From NCBI GenBank assembly GCA_045545655.1, contig JAZQBH010000211.1, positions 1 through 38,350 of the forward strand: DNA of 38,350 nt, read 5' to 3'. Positions 17,589 to 28,055 of this stretch are shown piece after piece. The position numbers and the translations under genes are program-made. The notes beneath the pieces are model-generated. The model was not told the DNA's origin. It worked only from the letters and a program-made list of their open reading frames with translations, and did no database searches. Position 1 is the first letter of the stretch, and the number at the start of each line of letters is the position of its first letter. This DNA is from Oscillospiraceae bacterium. GTDB lineage: Bacteria; Bacillota; Clostridia; Oscillospirales; Ruminococcaceae.

Positions 17589-18725
17589 TTAATCCTCTAG
17601 TTTCTGTTGGAGAAGTACGGTATACTTGTTCGCAAACTGCTCAAACGTGCCGTTATCCAGTTCCTCGCCTATTCTCTCCATAAGCTCGTTGTAGAAGTAG
17701 AGGTTGTGGAGAACCGCAAGTCGTCCGCTCAGCTGTTCGTCAGCCTTGAACAGGTGTCTTATATACGCACGTGAGAAGTTGCGGCAAGCGGGACAGCCGC
17801 AGTTTTCGTCAATGGGTCGGGGGTCGGTTGTGTACTGCACGTTTTTCAAGTGCAGAACACCGTTCCACGTGAACAGTGTGCCGTGACGTGCGTTGCGGCT
17901 GGGCATTACGCAGTCGAACATACCCACGCCTCTGCGGACGCCCTCAATGAGGTTGGAAGGCGTACCCACGCCCATAAGGTAGCGTGGCTTGTCCTTCGGT
18001 GCGTGAGGAAGCACCACATCAAGAATGTGATACATCACCTCGGCAGGCTCGCCTACTGCAAGTCCGCCTACTGCAAAGCCGTCCATTTCCATTTCGGCGA
18101 TGGTTTTCATATGGTCAACACGGATATCGTCGTAGGTGCCGCCCTGATTTATCGCAAACAGCATCTGCTTGCGGTTGATGGTAGTTTCAAGGGAGTTGAG
18201 CCTGTCCATTTCCTTGCGACAGCGTTCAAGCCAGCGTGTTGTTCGCTGAACAGAGCGGATAACGTAATCCCTCGGTGCGGGATTTTCGATACATTCGTCG
18301 AAAGCCATTGCAATTGTCGAGGCAAGCTTTGACTGTATCTGCATACTCTCCTCGGGGCCGATGAACAGACGTCTGCCGTCTATGTGAGAGGCGAAATACA
18401 CGCCCTCCTCCTTGATTTTGCGCAGCTTTGAAAGCGAGAACACCTGAAATCCGCCTGAGTCAGTGAGAATGGGCTTATCCCAGTTCATAAACTTGTGCAG
18501 ACCGCCCATCTGATACACCACGTCCTCGCCCGGGCGCAGGTGAAGGTGATAGGTGTTGCACAGCTCTACACGTGTTTTAAGGTCCTGAAGGTCTACGGAC
18601 GACACCGCACCCTTGATAGCGGCGCATGTACCCACGTTCATAAAGAACGGAGTCTGTATATCGCCGTGCGGCGTGTGGAATACTCCACGTCGTGCAAGTC
18701 CTTCGGTTTTCTTTAATTCAAACAT
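17589..18725 (-). CDS. tgt: tRNA-guanine(34) transglycosylase
   Basis: NTYHL, TDSGGFQVFSL, GGLAVGE, YLMGVG and the CxCxxC...H zinc site. Confidence 0.97.
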   Translation of the reverse strand: MFELKKTEGLARRGVFHTPHGDIQTPFFMNVGTCAAIKGAVSSVDLQDLKTRVELCNTYHLHLRPGEDVVYQMGGLHKFMNWDKPILTDSGGFQVFSLSKLRKIKEEGVYFASHIDGRRLFIGPEESMQIQSKLASTIAMAFDECIENPAPRDYVIRSVQRTTRWLERCRKEMDRLNSLETTINRKQMLFAINQGGTYDDIRVDHMKTIAEMEMDGFAVGGLAVGEPAEVMYHILDVVLPHAPKDKPRYLMGVGTPSNLIEGVRRGVGMFDCVMPSRNARHGTLFTWNGVLHLKNVQYTTDPRPIDENCGCPACRNFSRAYIRHLFKADEQLSGRLAVLHNLYFYNELMERIGEELDNGTFEQFANKYTVLLQQKLED

Positions 18726-18787
18726 TTTATAATCCTCGTTTATCCTGTGATAGTCCTCTGTGGGGCTGAGTTTTTCTAATACCCCTC

Positions 18788-18816
18788 ATTATACCATATT
18801 TATATAAAAAAATCAA
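18788..18816 (-). promoter_or_regulatory. SigA-type promoter of tgt
   Basis: Minus strand TTGATT-17-TATAAT with TG extension. Confidence 0.65.
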
Positions 18817-18965
18817 GAGCCATTCGGGCTGTAGTGCAACGATACCCCTTTTCGTCGTGATAAACACGGAATGTAATCCTTTACAATCCGTTTTTGTGGA
18901 TTATATACAAGCAAAGTATGAAAAGTTTGTTACATTTGTTTCTTGTGTGTAACGGTTTTCAACTC

Positions 18966-18994
18966 TTGTAATTATGTCGGGATTATAGTATAAT
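18966..18994 (+). promoter_or_regulatory. SigA-type promoter of cellobiose phosphorylase
   Basis: TTGTAA-17-TATAAT. Confidence 0.6.
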
Positions 18995-19129
18995 GGGGAT
19001 AAGAGCAAATTCTGACTGATTTCACAAGGTGAAAATCGGGAAAACAAATCCACATAAACCCCGACAACCCACGGTCAGATTGCTGATTATCCGCACCGAT
19101 TACGGTTCGCACAAGGAGGAAATGCTGAT

Positions 19130-21652
19130 ATGAAATTCGGATATTTTGATGATAGCGCAAGAGAGTACGTTATCACTTCCCCACGCACACCCTATCCGTG
19201 GATTAACTACCTCGGAACACAGGGATTTTTCTCACTGATTTCAAACACTGCAGGCGGTTACAGTTTCTATAAGGACGCAAGACTGCGCCGCATTACACGT
19301 TATCGCTACAACAATGTGCCTGTGGATATGGGCGGCCGTTATTTCTACATAAAGGACGGCGACACCGTATGGGCACCAGGCTGGAGCCCCGTAAAGACCG
19401 AGCTTGACAGCTACGAGTGCCGCCACGGTATGGGCTACACCGTAATTACAGGTAAGAAGAACGGCGTTTCCGCTTCCGTGAAGTTCTTTGTTCCGCAGGA
19501 TTTCAACGGCGAAATCCAGAAGGTAACAATCAAGAACGAAAGCGGCGAGAAGAAGTCGCTCAAGCTCACCAGCTTCCTTGAATGGTGTCTGTGGGACGCT
19601 AACGACGATACAACCAACTTCCAGAGAAACTACAACACTGGCGAGGTTGAAATCCAGGGCTCTACAATCTTCCACAAGACAGAGTACAAGGAGCGCCGTG
19701 ACCACTTTGCATTCTATACAGTAAACGTGCCTGTTCAGGGCTTTGACACCGACCGTGAAAGCTTCCTCGGACTGTACAACGGCTTTGAACACCCCGACGC
19801 TGTTTTCGAGGGCAAACCCAGAAACTCCGTTGCAGAGGGCTGGTCGCCTATCGCATCGCACTACATCGAGCTTGAGCTCGCCCCCGATGAAACCAAGGAG
19901 CTTGTATTCTGCCTCGGCTACGTTGAAATGCCCGCAGACGAAAAGTTCGACAAGAGCGGAAACTACTCCGACATCATCGCTTCCTACACCGTTGACGGCA
20001 ACGGCAACAAGAAGCCGCTTGCAAACGTAATCAACAAGAAAAAGGCACTCGAAATGATTGAGATGTGCAACACTCCCGAAAAGGCTGACAAGCTGTTTGA
20101 AAGCCTTCAGGATTACTGGAGCAAGCTGCTGACACAGTACAGCGTAAATTCTCCCGACGAGAAGGTTAACCGTATGGTTAACATCTGGAACCAGTATCAG
20201 TGTATGGTAACCTTCAATATGTCACGTTCTGCTTCTTACTTCGAGAGCGGTATCGGACGTGGAATGGGCTTCCGTGACTCCAACCAGGACTTGCTGGGCT
20301 TTGTACATCAGATTCCCGAGCGTGCAAGAGAACGTCTTATCGACCTCGCCGCAACAATGCTTGAAGACGGCGGCGCATATCACCAGTATCAGCCGCTCAC
20401 CAAGATGGGCAACCACGAGCTTGGCTCTAACTTCAACGACGACCCGCTGTGGATGATTCTCGCAGTGGCACAGTATATCAAGGAAACAGGCGACGTTTCC
20501 ATTCTCGACGAGAAGGTTCCTTACGAGAACAAGGCAGAGCTTGCTGACACAATGCTCGACCACTGCAAGCGTGCATTCAACCACGTCTGCCGCAAGATTG
20601 GTCCTCACGGACTGCCGCTTTCGGGCCGTGCCGACTGGAACGACTGCCTTAACCTCTCCTGCTTCTCCGACAAGCCTGGCGAGAGCTTCCAGACCTACAA
20701 CAACAAGGAGATTTTCCCGAATCCTCCGTTCTATTCACAGACAGCAGAATCTGTAATGATTGCAGGTATGTTCTGCTTTATCGGCCCTGAGTATCCCGCA
20801 ATGTGCCGCCTTAAAGGCGACGAGGCTGAGGCTCAGCGCGCAGAGGCTGAAATCGCTAAGATGTGCGAAAACACCATCACTCACGGCTACGACGGTGAGT
20901 GGTTCCTGCGTGCTTACGACCACCACGGAAACAAGGTTGGTTCCAAGGAGTGCGACGAGGGCAAGATATTCATTGAGCCTCAGGGCTGGTGCGTTCTCGC
21001 TGGACTTGGCAAGGACAAGGGCTACGACCTCAAGACACTTGAGAGCGTTGACAAGTACCTCAACTCCAAGCACGGACTTGTGCTTAACAATCCCGCATTC
21101 ACCACCTACAAGGTGCAGTATGGTGAAATTTCCACCTACCCGGGCGGTTACAAGGAAAACGCAGGCGTATTCTGCCACAACAATGCGTGGGTAATCTGCG
21201 CTGAGGCGGCTGTGGGTCACGGTAACAAGGCATTTGAGTACTACTCAAAGATTGCTCCCGCATTCCGTGAGGAAATGAGCGACCTTCACCGCACAGAGCC
21301 GTATGTATACGCACAGATGATTGCAGGTAAGGACGGTATGCGCCACGGCGAGGCAAAGAACTCGTGGCTTACTGGTACTGCCGCATGGAACTTCGTTGCA
21401 ATTTCGCAGTACATTCTCGGTGTAAAGCCGCAGTATGACGGACTGAAGATTGACCCCTCCATTCCTAACGAGTGGGACGGCTTCAGCGTAACACGTAAGT
21501 TCCGCAACGCTGTTTACAACATCACCGTCAAGAACCCCGACCACGTCTGCGCTGGCGTTAAGAGTCTTGTTGTAGACGGCAAGCCCGTTGACGGCAACGT
21601 TATCCCTGCATTCGCAGACGGCGAGCACGCTGTTGAGGTTGTTCTCGGCTGA
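19130..21652 (+). CDS. cbpA: GH94 cellobiose phosphorylase
   Basis: [43 protein letters not shown] and SWLTGTAAW. Confidence 0.92.
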   Translation: MKFGYFDDSAREYVITSPRTPYPWINYLGTQGFFSLISNTAGGYSFYKDARLRRITRYRYNNVPVDMGGRYFYIKDGDTVWAPGWSPVKTELDSYECRHGMGYTVITGKKNGVSASVKFFVPQDFNGEIQKVTIKNESGEKKSLKLTSFLEWCLWDANDDTTNFQRNYNTGEVEIQGSTIFHKTEYKERRDHFAFYTVNVPVQGFDTDRESFLGLYNGFEHPDAVFEGKPRNSVAEGWSPIASHYIELELAPDETKELVFCLGYVEMPADEKFDKSGNYSDIIASYTVDGNGNKKPLANVINKKKALEMIEMCNTPEKADKLFESLQDYWSKLLTQYSVNSPDEKVNRMVNIWNQYQCMVTFNMSRSASYFESGIGRGMGFRDSNQDLLGFVHQIPERARERLIDLAATMLEDGGAYHQYQPLTKMGNHELGSNFNDDPLWMILAVAQYIKETGDVSILDEKVPYENKAELADTMLDHCKRAFNHVCRKIGPHGLPLSGRADWNDCLNLSCFSDKPGESFQTYNNKEIFPNPPFYSQTAESVMIAGMFCFIGPEYPAMCRLKGDEAEAQRAEAEIAKMCENTITHGYDGEWFLRAYDHHGNKVGSKECDEGKIFIEPQGWCVLAGLGKDKGYDLKTLESVDKYLNSKHGLVLNNPAFTTYKVQYGEISTYPGGYKENAGVFCHNNAWVICAEAAVGHGNKAFEYYSKIAPAFREEMSDLHRTEPYVYAQMIAGKDGMRHGEAKNSWLTGTAAWNFVAISQYILGVKPQYDGLKIDPSIPNEWDGFSVTRKFRNAVYNITVKNPDHVCAGVKSLVVDGKPVDGNVIPAFADGEHAVEVVLG

Positions 21653-21681
21653 TTGGTCTTACTGAATTAACTAAATAACAA

Positions 21682-21763
21682 GAAGGGCTGTTGAGAAATC
21701 AACAGCTCTTTTGTTGTTTCCGAATTAAAACAAGGTCTATGAAATTAGATTTCACAGACCTTG
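21682..21763. terminator. Two hairpins between the convergent cbp and SBP genes
   Basis: GGGCTGTTGA-GAAA-TCAACAGCTC plus TTTT, and CAAGGTCTATGAAAT...ATTTCACAGACCTTG. Confidence 0.7.
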
Positions 21764-21798
21764 ATTTATTTATCACGAATTGACAAACCCTTGTCGCA

Positions 21799-24198
21799 TT
21801 ACTTGATTTCGTTGTAGTACACAACCAGCTTATCCCATGCGCCGTTCTTTGCGGCAAGGTAGTCGTTAAGTCCCCAGGTTGTGCAGACGTTGTTTACGGT
21901 TTCTTCAAGGTTGGTTGTTCCCTCGCCCGAATAGCCGTTTGCGATAATCTCAACCAGCTTGTTTACATTTCCGTTTGCGGCAGAGAACTTGTTTGAGAAC
22001 TCGCCTGCGGTTGCGCCGTTGTCGGACAGGACAGCTGGAACAGATGTCCACCAGAGGTTGCTTTCAACCGACAGTCTGGGGTGTCTGATAACGCCAAGCT
22101 CAATTCCCTTGGAGATGTAGCCCGCACCACGCTTGCCTATGTAAGTAGTACACTGATACTCAAACGCTTGATTCTTTACAAAGCTGAGTGTAGAACCGAG
22201 GTAGTAACGTGCGTAGTTGGTGTAGTTGCCGTTTTCCTTTTCCCACAGCTCTGCGTAAGCGGCGTCTGCGATAAGCGGCCAGTCCTCGCCGTTGAAGTTA
22301 AAGGTATCCTCGCTTCTGAATGCCTTGGGTCCGTAGGACATAAGCACCTGACCGTCCTTGGAGTAAGCGTAGTCGATAAGCTTGAGGCAAGCCTTCAGCT
22401 TGTCGGGCAGAGCGTCAACCTCAGCCTGTGTTGTAACCTTCTTATCCTCGGTAAGACCAACGCCAGCCTTGGAAATTGCCCAACCGTCGTTCTTTACAGA
22501 GCGCCACGACTCGGTAAATCTCATATACTCAGATGTGGTAGAATCGCCGTCGTTCCAGTTTGCAACAGGAATCATAACAGCCATATATGCCTCGCCGTTA
22601 TCAGAATCAAGCACTCCGTTTTCATTGAAGATGGTCTGGGTCTGATTGTAGTCGTAGTGCATAAAGCCCAGATCGTTCTGGAGAATATTCTTGCTGGAGG
22701 TCTGTGTGCCGTTCATAAATGTCTGCGACATCAGGCCTTCCTGTGCCATACAGTTCATTCTCTCCATTGCCTCAAAGGTGCTCTTTTCGCCGCGTGCGTC
22801 GTGTAGCTTGCCGTCAACGCCGAAGTAGAAATACTCGTTTCTGGATTCAAGTCCACGCACACCGAACAGCACGCCTGCAAGGCGCATCATATCGGAACGT
22901 CTTTGGTTGGTGCTGTCGTCACGGGTGAACAGACCGTAAACAGTGTCAGTGCCGTTGAGGGTCTGTGCGTTCGAGCATACACAGCGCAGCAGTGCAACAA
23001 GCTCGTCGGCGTCCCAAGCGGCATTCTGACCAACGAAGAGGTCTGAACGCTTCTGACCGTAGTAGCCGTTGTAGGTCTTGTCAATGTATTCACGGAGCAT
23101 ATTTACAGCGTCAACGCCGCTCATAGCTCCCTGTTCGTTCATCTTTGTGATGATGTTGCCGTAAGCGTCGTAGTTCTTCTGCAGCTGCTCAACACCTGTG
23201 CCGTCTGCCTTTACAACGCTTACAGAAATCGAGCCGGTTGTGGGCATATAAGGTGTGTAAACGGGGGCTGCGGTTGTGCCGCTTTCAGTTGCTGCAAACT
23301 CACCGTCGCCGTCAAGCAGTTTTTCAACCCAGTCAGTTCTCATAAGCGGCATACGCTCGATGTCGTTAACACCGTCGAAGTACGGGCTGAAGTAGATAGC
23401 ACCCTTGTTTTCGCCCTCAGTTTCGCCTGTGATGGACATACGGACGATGGGGTTAGCCTCAAGATATGCCTTGAAATTGGGCATAACCTCAAGATAGTTT
23501 GCGATGTTTACAAGCTTATCGCCGTTGCGTGTGAGAGTTGACGCTGTGCCGCAGACGAAGTCAACCTCTTCAAGCTTATCCTCCCACACTCTCCATTCGT
23601 TGTCGGAGGACTCGCCCGTGTATGTATCCTCAAACTTTACACCAAGCAGATTTTCAACCTCAACCCAGGTAGGCTTGAGGTCGCCTGTCTTGTAGGTGTT
23701 TCCGTCTGCGAGGGTAACGCCGTTGCTGCCTGCTACGTCCTTATGGAAGAACAGACCCGACTTTGCGTTATGACCTACCGCCATACGCAGTGAAGTGCCT
23801 GTTGCAAACGACAGGTTTATGCCTGTGTTTTCCTCGGCAGAGCCGCCCTGCTGTTCATCAGAAACGCCCATTTCAGCCTTGAGCTTTGCAATCATATTTG
23901 CGATGTTTGTATCCTCAGTGAGGGAATAACCCTTTTCAAGCTCGCTGAGTGCAAGCTTATCCATTCCAAGCCCGATGTACGCATTCGCAAGACCGATATA
24001 TGCGTCGGGGTTTTCAGAGTCGATATCAAGTGCGTTGCCGTATTCGATTACTGCCTGTTCGTAGTTTTCCTCAGCCAGATACTGACGTGCAGTGCTGAGC
24101 GTTTCATCAAGCTTGCCGTTATCACAGCCTGTAAGCACAGACGCCGCAAGCATTGTGCCAGCCAGAACGGCAGCCATACGCTTTTTCGTGTTCAACAT
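21799..24198 (-). CDS. Lipoprotein: N-terminal TPR module fused to an extracellular solute-binding-protein-like domain
   Basis: Lipobox LTGC; TPR helices YEQAVIEYGNALDIDSENPDAYIGLA. MPNFKAYL, MRTDW, GWAISK and DYAYS..G...SYG are typical of family-1 sugar SBPs. Confidence 0.7.
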   Translation of the reverse strand: MLNTKKRMAAVLAGTMLAASVLTGCDNGKLDETLSTARQYLAEENYEQAVIEYGNALDIDSENPDAYIGLANAYIGLGMDKLALSELEKGYSLTEDTNIANMIAKLKAEMGVSDEQQGGSAEENTGINLSFATGTSLRMAVGHNAKSGLFFHKDVAGSNGVTLADGNTYKTGDLKPTWVEVENLLGVKFEDTYTGESSDNEWRVWEDKLEEVDFVCGTASTLTRNGDKLVNIANYLEVMPNFKAYLEANPIVRMSITGETEGENKGAIYFSPYFDGVNDIERMPLMRTDWVEKLLDGDGEFAATESGTTAAPVYTPYMPTTGSISVSVVKADGTGVEQLQKNYDAYGNIITKMNEQGAMSGVDAVNMLREYIDKTYNGYYGQKRSDLFVGQNAAWDADELVALLRCVCSNAQTLNGTDTVYGLFTRDDSTNQRRSDMMRLAGVLFGVRGLESRNEYFYFGVDGKLHDARGEKSTFEAMERMNCMAQEGLMSQTFMNGTQTSSKNILQNDLGFMHYDYNQTQTIFNENGVLDSDNGEAYMAVMIPVANWNDGDSTTSEYMRFTESWRSVKNDGWAISKAGVGLTEDKKVTTQAEVDALPDKLKACLKLIDYAYSKDGQVLMSYGPKAFRSEDTFNFNGEDWPLIADAAYAELWEKENGNYTNYARYYLGSTLSFVKNQAFEYQCTTYIGKRGAGYISKGIELGVIRHPRLSVESNLWWTSVPAVLSDNGATAGEFSNKFSAANGNVNKLVEIIANGYSGEGTTNLEETVNNVCTTWGLNDYLAAKNGAWDKLVVYYNEIK

Positions 24199-24492
24199 TT
24201 TACAATTTCCTTCCCAAAATATAGCTTTTCCATTTTTATCTCAACGAAAAATATTATATCACAAACGGCTTTGTTTTTCAAGAGTGCAGACCACGTCAAA
24301 TTCAACAATCTTCGCCCGAAAACAACAGCCGCTGATAGCGATTTTGTAACAATTCCCCTTATATAGGTGTGTTTTTCTGCAAAAACGCAACCGACGCAAG
24401 CAATCCGCTTACGTCGGTGTGAGATATTCGATGTAAAAGCGGCAGACGGGTGCGGACTGACTACCCCTCCTCAGCCTGTTTGATTTACGCTC

Positions 24493-25113
24493 TTAACTGT
24501 TTGCGGCGAAAAGCTTTCTTGTCTGCGGAAGTCTGAGCAGTATCACTGCGCCGACAAGCGTGAACACAAGCTCGGGGAGCATATATGCGCCGTTGTACAG
24601 CAAGCTGTAAAGCCATTCGTTGTTGGTCGAGAAGCCCTCCCACAGCTTTCCTGCTGAATGGAAGATAACTACTCCGCTAAGAGTGTGGCTTGCAAACCTC
24701 AGAACAATCACTGAAGTTGTTCCAGCTATTGCGCCGACCGTACCCTTTCTGCGGAGCATTCCCGCAAAGCCGAGCACTGTAAACGGCAGTATGTAATCAA
24801 GCATAATGCACCCGATAAGCATAACGGGGGTAAGCCCCCACGCAAGCAGACCGTCTACCACAATTCCCTGAGCGAGCTGAATAAGTGCAAACAAGAACGA
24901 CACCATCATACCGTTTTTCATTCCGTGGCGAATGCTGTAAATCGCAATCGGCAGCATAGACAGCAGCGTTATCGAGCCGCCCCACGGAAAATGAAAAATT
25001 CTGACATAACTCAGCACCGTTGCAAGGGCTGCCATTATCGCACCCTCTACGAATACAGCGGTTTTCGTCCTGCGTCTGGGTTTTATTTCCGTTGAATTGA
25101 TTTCCTCTTTCAT
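24493..25113 (-). CDS. thiT: ECF S-component thiamine transporter ThiT
   Basis: PWGGSI, LDY, RFASHTLSGVV and YSLLYN; sits behind a TPP riboswitch. Confidence 0.93.
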   Translation of the reverse strand: MKEEINSTEIKPRRRTKTAVFVEGAIMAALATVLSYVRIFHFPWGGSITLLSMLPIAIYSIRHGMKNGMMVSFLFALIQLAQGIVVDGLLAWGLTPVMLIGCIMLDYILPFTVLGFAGMLRRKGTVGAIAGTTSVIVLRFASHTLSGVVIFHSAGKLWEGFSTNNEWLYSLLYNGAYMLPELVFTLVGAVILLRLPQTRKLFAANS

Positions 25114-25254
25114 TGCTTTTTCCCTTTCTGTCTGTACAGCTTTCGTCGGAAAAAAGTGCGGATTTTTCCGTGCGGCACGTAAAAGTCCTCAGACAGAAAA
25201 AACGTGCCAACGGATAAATCGGCACGCTTGAAATGTCTTACAGAATACAAAAAC

Positions 25255-25380
25255 ATTTTTCCTACGTCGGCATTATCCGAATCAGGTTCTGAATATTTCC
25301 CGTGGGAAATATTCAAGGGTCTGCGTCTTTGCCGACGCACTCTCAGCCGCAGCGGATTTCTCCAGCGACTCCCCCGTTTG
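25255..25380 (-). ncRNA. TPP riboswitch
   Basis: Minus strand GGGGGAG...GCTGAGAG...ACCCT...GAACCTGATTCGGATAATGCCGACGTAGGAA, upstream of thiT. Confidence 0.93.
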
Positions 25381-25390
25381 TCCGTCACTA

Positions 25391-25419
25391 ATTATAGCAC
25401 AACTGCTTTTGTTTGTCAA
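25391..25419 (-). promoter_or_regulatory. Consensus SigA promoter of the riboswitch-thiT transcript
   Basis: TTGACA-17-TATAAT with TG extension. Confidence 0.85.
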
Positions 25420-25608
25420 TAGCTTTTTCACGGAAGAGCGGCTTTCGCTACAGCAAAAACATCACAGAACAAAATCGCACCGTTCAGCTGAAAACAATCC
25501 CCCTGCTGCCGTTTTTTCAGACAGCCGCTCCCCAGACTGACGCAGTCCGCCTTGCCGCATAGCAAACCGCTGACAACTGTGCCGCCATTCTCCGCAAAAG
25601 GCACAGTG

Positions 25609-26289
25609 CTAAATCAGCAGAGCCCTCAGCCGCTCGAGAATTTTCCGCTCCATACGTGACACCTTCACCTGTGTTATTCCCATAATTGCGGCGGTCTGGG
25701 TCTGGGTTTTGTTACGGTAATAACGGAGAACAACCAGTGTGCGTTCGTCATCAGGAAGCTCGTCAAGGCACTTGCGCAGAGCAAGCTTATCAAGCAGCAT
25801 ATTTTCGCCGCTGTCCACAGGGATATCAGCGTTGCCGCCGTCCTCGTCTGCCGTAAGCGACGCAGGCGGCACGGACGCCGCAACAGCCTCTGCCGCATCT
25901 TCAGCGGAAACCCCTAAATATTCGGCAATCTGCGGCACGGTAGGCTCACGGCCGTAAAGCTGCGCAAGCTCTTCCTGTGCCTTTGCCGCTTTCAGCGACA
26001 GCTCTTTCAGAGAGCGGCTCATCTTCACTGCGCCGCCGTCACGGAACAGCCGCCGTATCTCCCCGAGAATTACAGGCACGGCATACGTTGAAAAGCACAG
26101 CCCCCGTGATATGTCAAAGTTGTCGTAAGCCTTCACAAGTCCCACACTGCCTGCTGAAAACAAGTCCTCATAGTCAATCCCTCTGCCACGGAAACGGTTT
26201 GCAAGGCTGTGAACAAGCGGAATGTTCATCGCAATGAACTCATCACGTGAAACGGCAGTGATATCATATTTCAATGGCTTTTCCGACAA
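25609..26289 (-). CDS. sigF: Sporulation sigma factor SigF (start codon uncertain)
   Basis: DLFSAGSVGLVKA, FSTYAVPVILGEIRRLFRD and QVKVSR; third gene of the spoIIA operon. Confidence 0.9.
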   Translation of the reverse strand: MSEKPLKYDITAVSRDEFIAMNIPLVHSLANRFRGRGIDYEDLFSAGSVGLVKAYDNFDISRGLCFSTYAVPVILGEIRRLFRDGGAVKMSRSLKELSLKAAKAQEELAQLYGREPTVPQIAEYLGVSAEDAAEAVAASVPPASLTADEDGGNADIPVDSGENMLLDKLALRKCLDELPDDERTLVVLRYYRNKTQTQTAAIMGITQVKVSRMERKILERLRALLI

Positions 26290-26716
26290 TTTTCTTCTCC
26301 ATTACAACCACGGTGCCTCTGCCCTGTGCAGATTTCACACGCACCTTGTCCATAAAGCTTTCCATAACTGTAAAACCAAGCCCCGAACGCTCCTCGTTTT
26401 CGGGGGCGGTTGTGAACATAGGCTGCATAGCCTGTTCCACATCCTGTATACCGCTGCCCTTGTCACGTATCTGTATGTAGATTGTGTTGTCCGAAAACAG
26501 CCGCATAGTCATTTCCACTGCGCCGCTGCTGTCACGGTAGCCGTGAACAATGGCATTTGTAACCGCCTCAGACACGGCGGTTTTTATAGCGGCGGGTTCC
26601 TCCACAGTAGGATCGCACTGCAACGCAAAAGCGGCGGCGGCTGACCGTGACAGCCCCTCGTTTCTCGACAGCGCAGGAAACCGCACCTTACATTCGTTTA
26701 TCACTGTTCTTTTCAT
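26264..26716 (-). CDS. spoIIAB: Anti-sigma F factor
   Basis: KTAVSEAVTNAIVHGY, D.G.GI and ERSGLGFTVMESFMD. Confidence 0.95.
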   Translation of the reverse strand: MKRTVINECKVRFPALSRNEGLSRSAAAAFALQCDPTVEEPAAIKTAVSEAVTNAIVHGYRDSSGAVEMTMRLFSDNTIYIQIRDKGSGIQDVEQAMQPMFTTAPENEERSGLGFTVMESFMDKVRVKSAQGRGTVVVMEKKIVGKAIEI

Positions 26717-26725
26717 TCATACTCC

Positions 26726-27070
26726 TTAGTTCTTTACCGTTTTTCCGTTTACCGCACCGCTGAGCGGCTTGCTTTTCACAAGCAGCCCCGACAGCCCCGA
26801 CAGCTTTATTACCTCTGCGATTTCGTTGCGTGCGTTCTTGATAAGCAGCTCGCCGCCAGCCGCCCTCACCGATTTCATCCGCCCGAGGATAAGCCCTATT
26901 CCAGAGCTGTCCATAAAGCCCACTTCCCCGAAATCAAGGATAAGCAGTTCAGGCTGAGAACGCTCTATTATGCAGTCAAGCTCTTCCCTCAGCGCACGTG
27001 CCGAGTGATGGTCTATATCGCCCGATAATGCGGCGGTTATCCGTTTTCCGTCGTTGAATACCTTAAGCAT
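26726..27070 (-). CDS. spoIIAA: Anti-anti-sigma F factor (STAS)
   Basis: GDIDHH and FMDSSGIGLILGR; AAGGAGG RBS before ATG27070. Confidence 0.93.
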   Translation of the reverse strand: MLKVFNDGKRITAALSGDIDHHSARALREELDCIIERSQPELLILDFGEVGFMDSSGIGLILGRMKSVRAAGGELLIKNARNEIAEVIKLSGLSGLLVKSKPLSGAVNGKTVKN

Positions 27071-27476
27071 TGCAATCCTCCTTATGGTTGTGCGGAGCGT
27101 TTCACCGTCCTTACCCCTACATAGCCTCTGCGGTACGGCAGTCGGCACAATTGATTTCCAGTCAATTGCAGGCGGCGGTATCACAGGGATTTCCACAACG
27201 GAAACCCTTTTCACTTATCACCACACCGCCGCCAGACGCTTCCCGACAAGCCGCCGACCGTCCGCACTGCACAAGCCGTTTTCAGAGCGCAGTAGGCGAA
27301 ACTTCCTCACACCCACATTCTAGCACAACCGCCGTGAATATTCTGTCGTTATTCCGCCGCAGATTTCAACTTTTTAAGGGTTAAAAATCCGACTTCGGGG
27401 AATATGTGCATTACCGCCACGAAAACCGTTGGGTTTTCCCGAAAGAAAAAAAACGTAATATTATACGCACTAAGCA

Positions 27477-27505
27477 TTGAAGTCTGTGCTTTAATGTGGT
27501 ATAAT
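27477..27505 (+). promoter_or_regulatory. SigA-type promoter
   Basis: TTGAAG-17-TATAAT with TG extension. Confidence 0.6.
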
Positions 27506-27649
27506 AGACGTGAACGTTTATTATACATTATGTCCTTGCAGAAACGCAAATCAAAGATTTGCTCCCTGCGTATCGGACAATTATACACAGGCAGTACCGC
27601 CGACAGCAAGCGGCGATGCACAAAAACACATACATCAAGGAGAATTACT

Positions 27650-28054
27650 ATGCTTTTAAGAGAACTGAAAGAGGACGACAACTGGCTTACTTCCGCATGG
27701 CAGCTTACATACAGAGTAGGCTGGGAGCATATCCTCAGGGGAGTTTACGCCGTTTATGACAGCTTTGTGAGAACGGATATTCTTGTTGAACAGAGAGAAC
27801 TTGAGAACATCTCAAAGGAGAACGTTCCTGCGATTGAGGAACGCAGTAACCTCACCATCAGGGGAATGTCACGGACAATGGGCGTGCCTGTTATGATGAC
27901 ATTCTACAATCAGACGAACTTTGTTGAGGTGTTTGTGGCAAAGGCAACAGACGAGTTCAAGTCAACGGACTACAAAGCGTTCAACATTTCTATGTGCCAG
28001 TTTCTTGACAGCATAGAGCTGGCGATGTATAGACCCATCGGCACGGAAGTCTAG
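27650..28054 (+). CDS. Hypothetical protein (134 aa)
   Basis: AAGGAG RBS before ATG27650; host-like codon use. The ORF-track start at 27404 runs through the promoter. Confidence 0.75.
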   Translation: MLLRELKEDDNWLTSAWQLTYRVGWEHILRGVYAVYDSFVRTDILVEQRELENISKENVPAIEERSNLTIRGMSRTMGVPVMMTFYNQTNFVEVFVAKATDEFKSTDYKAFNISMCQFLDSIELAMYRPIGTEV

Positions 28055-28055
28055 G

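Noticed and set aside
17589-18725. tgt as a DNA-modifying (DpdA-like) or queuine-salvage variant
   Set aside because: Canonical bacterial tRNA TGT motifs (FDEC, GGLAVGE) in a housekeeping context.
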